From NCBI GenBank assembly GCA_034439575.1, contig JAWXAQ010000027.1:192001-256000 (forward strand): DNA of 64,000 nt, in the 5' to 3' direction. The notes beneath the pieces are model-generated. The model saw nothing but the letters and a program-made list of their open reading frames with translations, was not told the DNA's origin and ran no database searches. A program made the position numbers and the translations under genes. The first letter of the stretch is position 1, and each line of letters starts with the position of its first letter. Shown here piece after piece: positions 61,909-64,000 of this stretch. This DNA comes from Leptospira sp. GTDB lineage: Bacteria > Spirochaetota > Leptospiria > Leptospirales > Leptospiraceae.

Positions 61909-64000
61909 CTATTGTTTTATTTTTTCTAAATTAATGGTTCGCTGAAAAAGCGAAGGTAAATCAACGATCAGCGCAACACGGCCGTCAGCAAGGATCGATG
62001 ATCCACTGACACCTCGAACATTTTGAAAAACACTGCCCATAGGTTTAATTACAGTTTGAAATTCGCCAAAAAGTTTTTCTACTACGATACCCGCCTTTTT
62101 GTCACCCGATCGAACTATAACAATGTTTTGGCGAGCATTCACAGAGGGTTCTTCTATTTCAAAGACGTCCTTCATTTTTATATAAGGAATCAAACTTCCT
62201 CGCAATGGAAAATATTGATTTTGTAAATCATTGGATTCGATATTGAATTCTAAACATTCCAATACCATTTCCATGGGTAATATATAGTAGGACGAACCTA
62301 CACCAACCAAAAACCCATCTATAATAGCAAGTGTTAAAGGAAGACGAATTAAGAAAGAACTTCCTTTGCCAAAGGTTGATTTGATTTGTACGAGTCCACG
62401 TAAGGATTCTATATTCTTGTGAACTACATCTAAGCCGACACCGCGACCAGATACATTTGTGATAGAAGAGGCGGTAGAAAAACCAGGATGAAATAAAAAC
62501 TTAAATATTTCTTCTTCTGAATCAGGCTTTAATCCTGAAGCTAATCCTTTTTCGATCGCTTTTTGCCAAACCAGATCAGATTGTATGCCACGTCCATCAT
62601 CTCTAATTTCAATGACCACCGAACCCGTGTCATGGTAGGCATTTATCCAAAGATTACCTGCCTTAGGTTTTCCGTTGCGAATTCGCTCTTCCGGAGATTC
62701 TAGTCCATGATCACATGCGTTTCTGACTATATGAACGAGAGGGTCACCTAATTTATCGACTATGTTTCTGTCTAATTCAGTATCTTTACCTTCAATGTGT
62801 AAATTGATTTCTTTAGATAGATCATTTGCTAGATCACGCACAATTCTCTGGTATTTTTGTAATACGTCCCCAATTGGAACCATTCTTAATTTGAGAGAAA
62901 TTTCTCTGACTTCGTTTAAAAGTCGACTAACAAGCATAGCCGATTCTTGCAGTGCGGAATCATTTTTCCCACTTACTGATTGATTTAAGTTAGCTGATGC
63001 AACTACTAATTCGCCAACTCTATTGATTAAAGTGTCCACTCTTTTTGCATCTACGCGAAGAGTTCCACCTTTTGCGTTTGTTTCAGATTTATTTGATTGA
63101 GTGGTACTTTCATTGCTCAATTGGTTTTGAGAAATAGAATTTAAAGATTCTAAATTTTGATTTTCTCCAGAAAGTATTTTTAAATACGTGACCAATTCTT
63201 TTTCATTGATCATACCCATTTCTTTCCAGACATTTCCAAGATAAATTTCTTCTTCTGGCAATTGACCTGCAAGTGAAACAAGGTCCTCGATTTCTGCGAG
63301 TGGGGGAAGGATATGTAAAAAACTATCTGATTCTACAAAATCAAAAGCATTTCGTATTTTTTGAATATCTTCTTTAGATGAAAAAAGAATTTCGAAACCT
63401 AAATAACACTCTTCGGGATTAAAACTTTCCAAAACAGGGAAATTGTTCGTTATCGTTTTTAAGTAAGTAATTTTACCAAGTTTTTTTAAATATACAATAA
63501 AAGAATACGGATCAAGTCCAGATTGAAAGACGGAAGCGTAAGGTCGAAATGATATTAAATAATTCGAATTAACTAATGAAGGCGAATTTGAGTTTTGTGA
63601 TTGAATCGAATCTAATTTTTCATTTTGAATGGAAATTGTTTCTTTTGAGTTATTGACGGCAAGTAATGGCTCAATAGAACTAAGCAAATTTTGACCAATT
63701 TTTGTTCTTTCGTCTGAGATATTTTTTATAGGTTCTGCTTGGACCAAATAATCTAATTGATCTTTTACCTGCAATAGAAGGTCTGTTAGTTGTTTTGTGT
63801 AATTAACTTTTCCTTCACGTACATCATCAAGCAAGTTTTCAACTTTGTGTGCGAATTTGACGGTTTGGTCAAAACCAAACATGCCTGCGGTTCCTTTGAT
63901 GGTATGTACTGATCTAAAAAGAGCATTTAAGTCTTCTGATGTTGGATTTTTTTTCTCCATATCGAGGAGAATTTCTTCCATATTAACGAGCAATTCTTTG
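61909..64000 (-). CDS. cheA: chemotaxis histidine kinase CheA, 5'-truncated by window edge
   Basis: Hpt HTIKG, HIVRNACDHG, DDGRG, GFST..SGRGVGLD, LPLTLAI, C-terminal CheW-like domain. Confidence 0.96.
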   Translation of the reverse strand, partial: KELLVNMEEILLDMEKKNPTSEDLNALFRSVHTIKGTAGMFGFDQTVKFAHKVENLLDDVREGKVNYTKQLTDLLLQVKDQLDYLVQAEPIKNISDERTKIGQNLLSSIEPLLAVNNSKETISIQNEKLDSIQSQNSNSPSLVNSNYLISFRPYASVFQSGLDPYSFIVYLKKLGKITYLKTITNNFPVLESFNPEECYLGFEILFSSKEDIQKIRNAFDFVESDSFLHILPPLAEIEDLVSLAGQLPEEEIYLGNVWKEMGMINEKELVTYLKILSGENQNLESLNSISQNQLSNESTTQSNKSETNAKGGTLRVDAKRVDTLINRVGELVVASANLNQSVSGKNDSALQESAMLVSRLLNEVREISLKLRMVPIGDVLQKYQRIVRDLANDLSKEINLHIEGKDTELDRNIVDKLGDPLVHIVRNACDHGLESPEERIRNGKPKAGNLWINAYHDTGSVVIEIRDDGRGIQSDLVWQKAIEKGLASGLKPDSEEEIFKFLFHPGFSTASSITNVSGRGVGLDVVHKNIESLRGLVQIKSTFGKGSSFLIRLPLTLAIIDGFLVGVGSSYYILPMEMVLECLEFNIESNDLQNQYFPLRGSLIPYIKMKDVFEIEEPSVNARQNIVIVRSGDKKAGIVVEKLFGEFQTVIKPMGSVFQNVRGVSGSSILADGRVALIVDLPSLFQRTINLEKIKQ

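Overview
AT-rich bacterial chromosome segment, densely coding. Gene content and protein style (many N-terminal lipoprotein signals, a stand-alone FliG paralogue, class II LysRS, glgC, a two-subunit acyl-CoA carboxylase) suggest a spirochete of the genus Leptospira, probably saprophytic; this is an inference, not a database result. Left to right: the end of glgC; an EAL protein; a suf operon without sufB that runs directly into ggt, gshA and a separate GshF-type ATP-grasp gene; a convergent cluster of thiol/glutathione genes (glutaredoxins, two BolA, GST, yadGH, trhO, a mycothione-reductase-like flavoprotein, endA, gloB, serA); lysS; tRNA-Leu(GAG) followed by a highly structured ~170-nt element with GGA-loop hairpins inside a 20-bp direct repeat; a PecS/UrtR-type MarR gene divergent from an MBL-fold hydrolase; tRNA-Asp; fliG; pdhABC; fbp; rpsU-yqeY-dnaG-rpoD; glpD; tyrS; an orphan RND transporter; def; tRNA-Ala; a GAF-PP2C-kinase/STAS partner-switch module; an acyl-CoA carboxylase; and a cheA-mcp-cheW-cheD-cheB cluster cut off by the window end. 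No CRISPR array, rRNA, integrase or transposase was seen. The strongest novelty candidates are the tRNA-linked structured RNA element, the combined Fe-S/glutathione cluster with its non-canonical reductase, and the UrtR-hydrolase module. Product calls come from manual motif recognition, not database searches.
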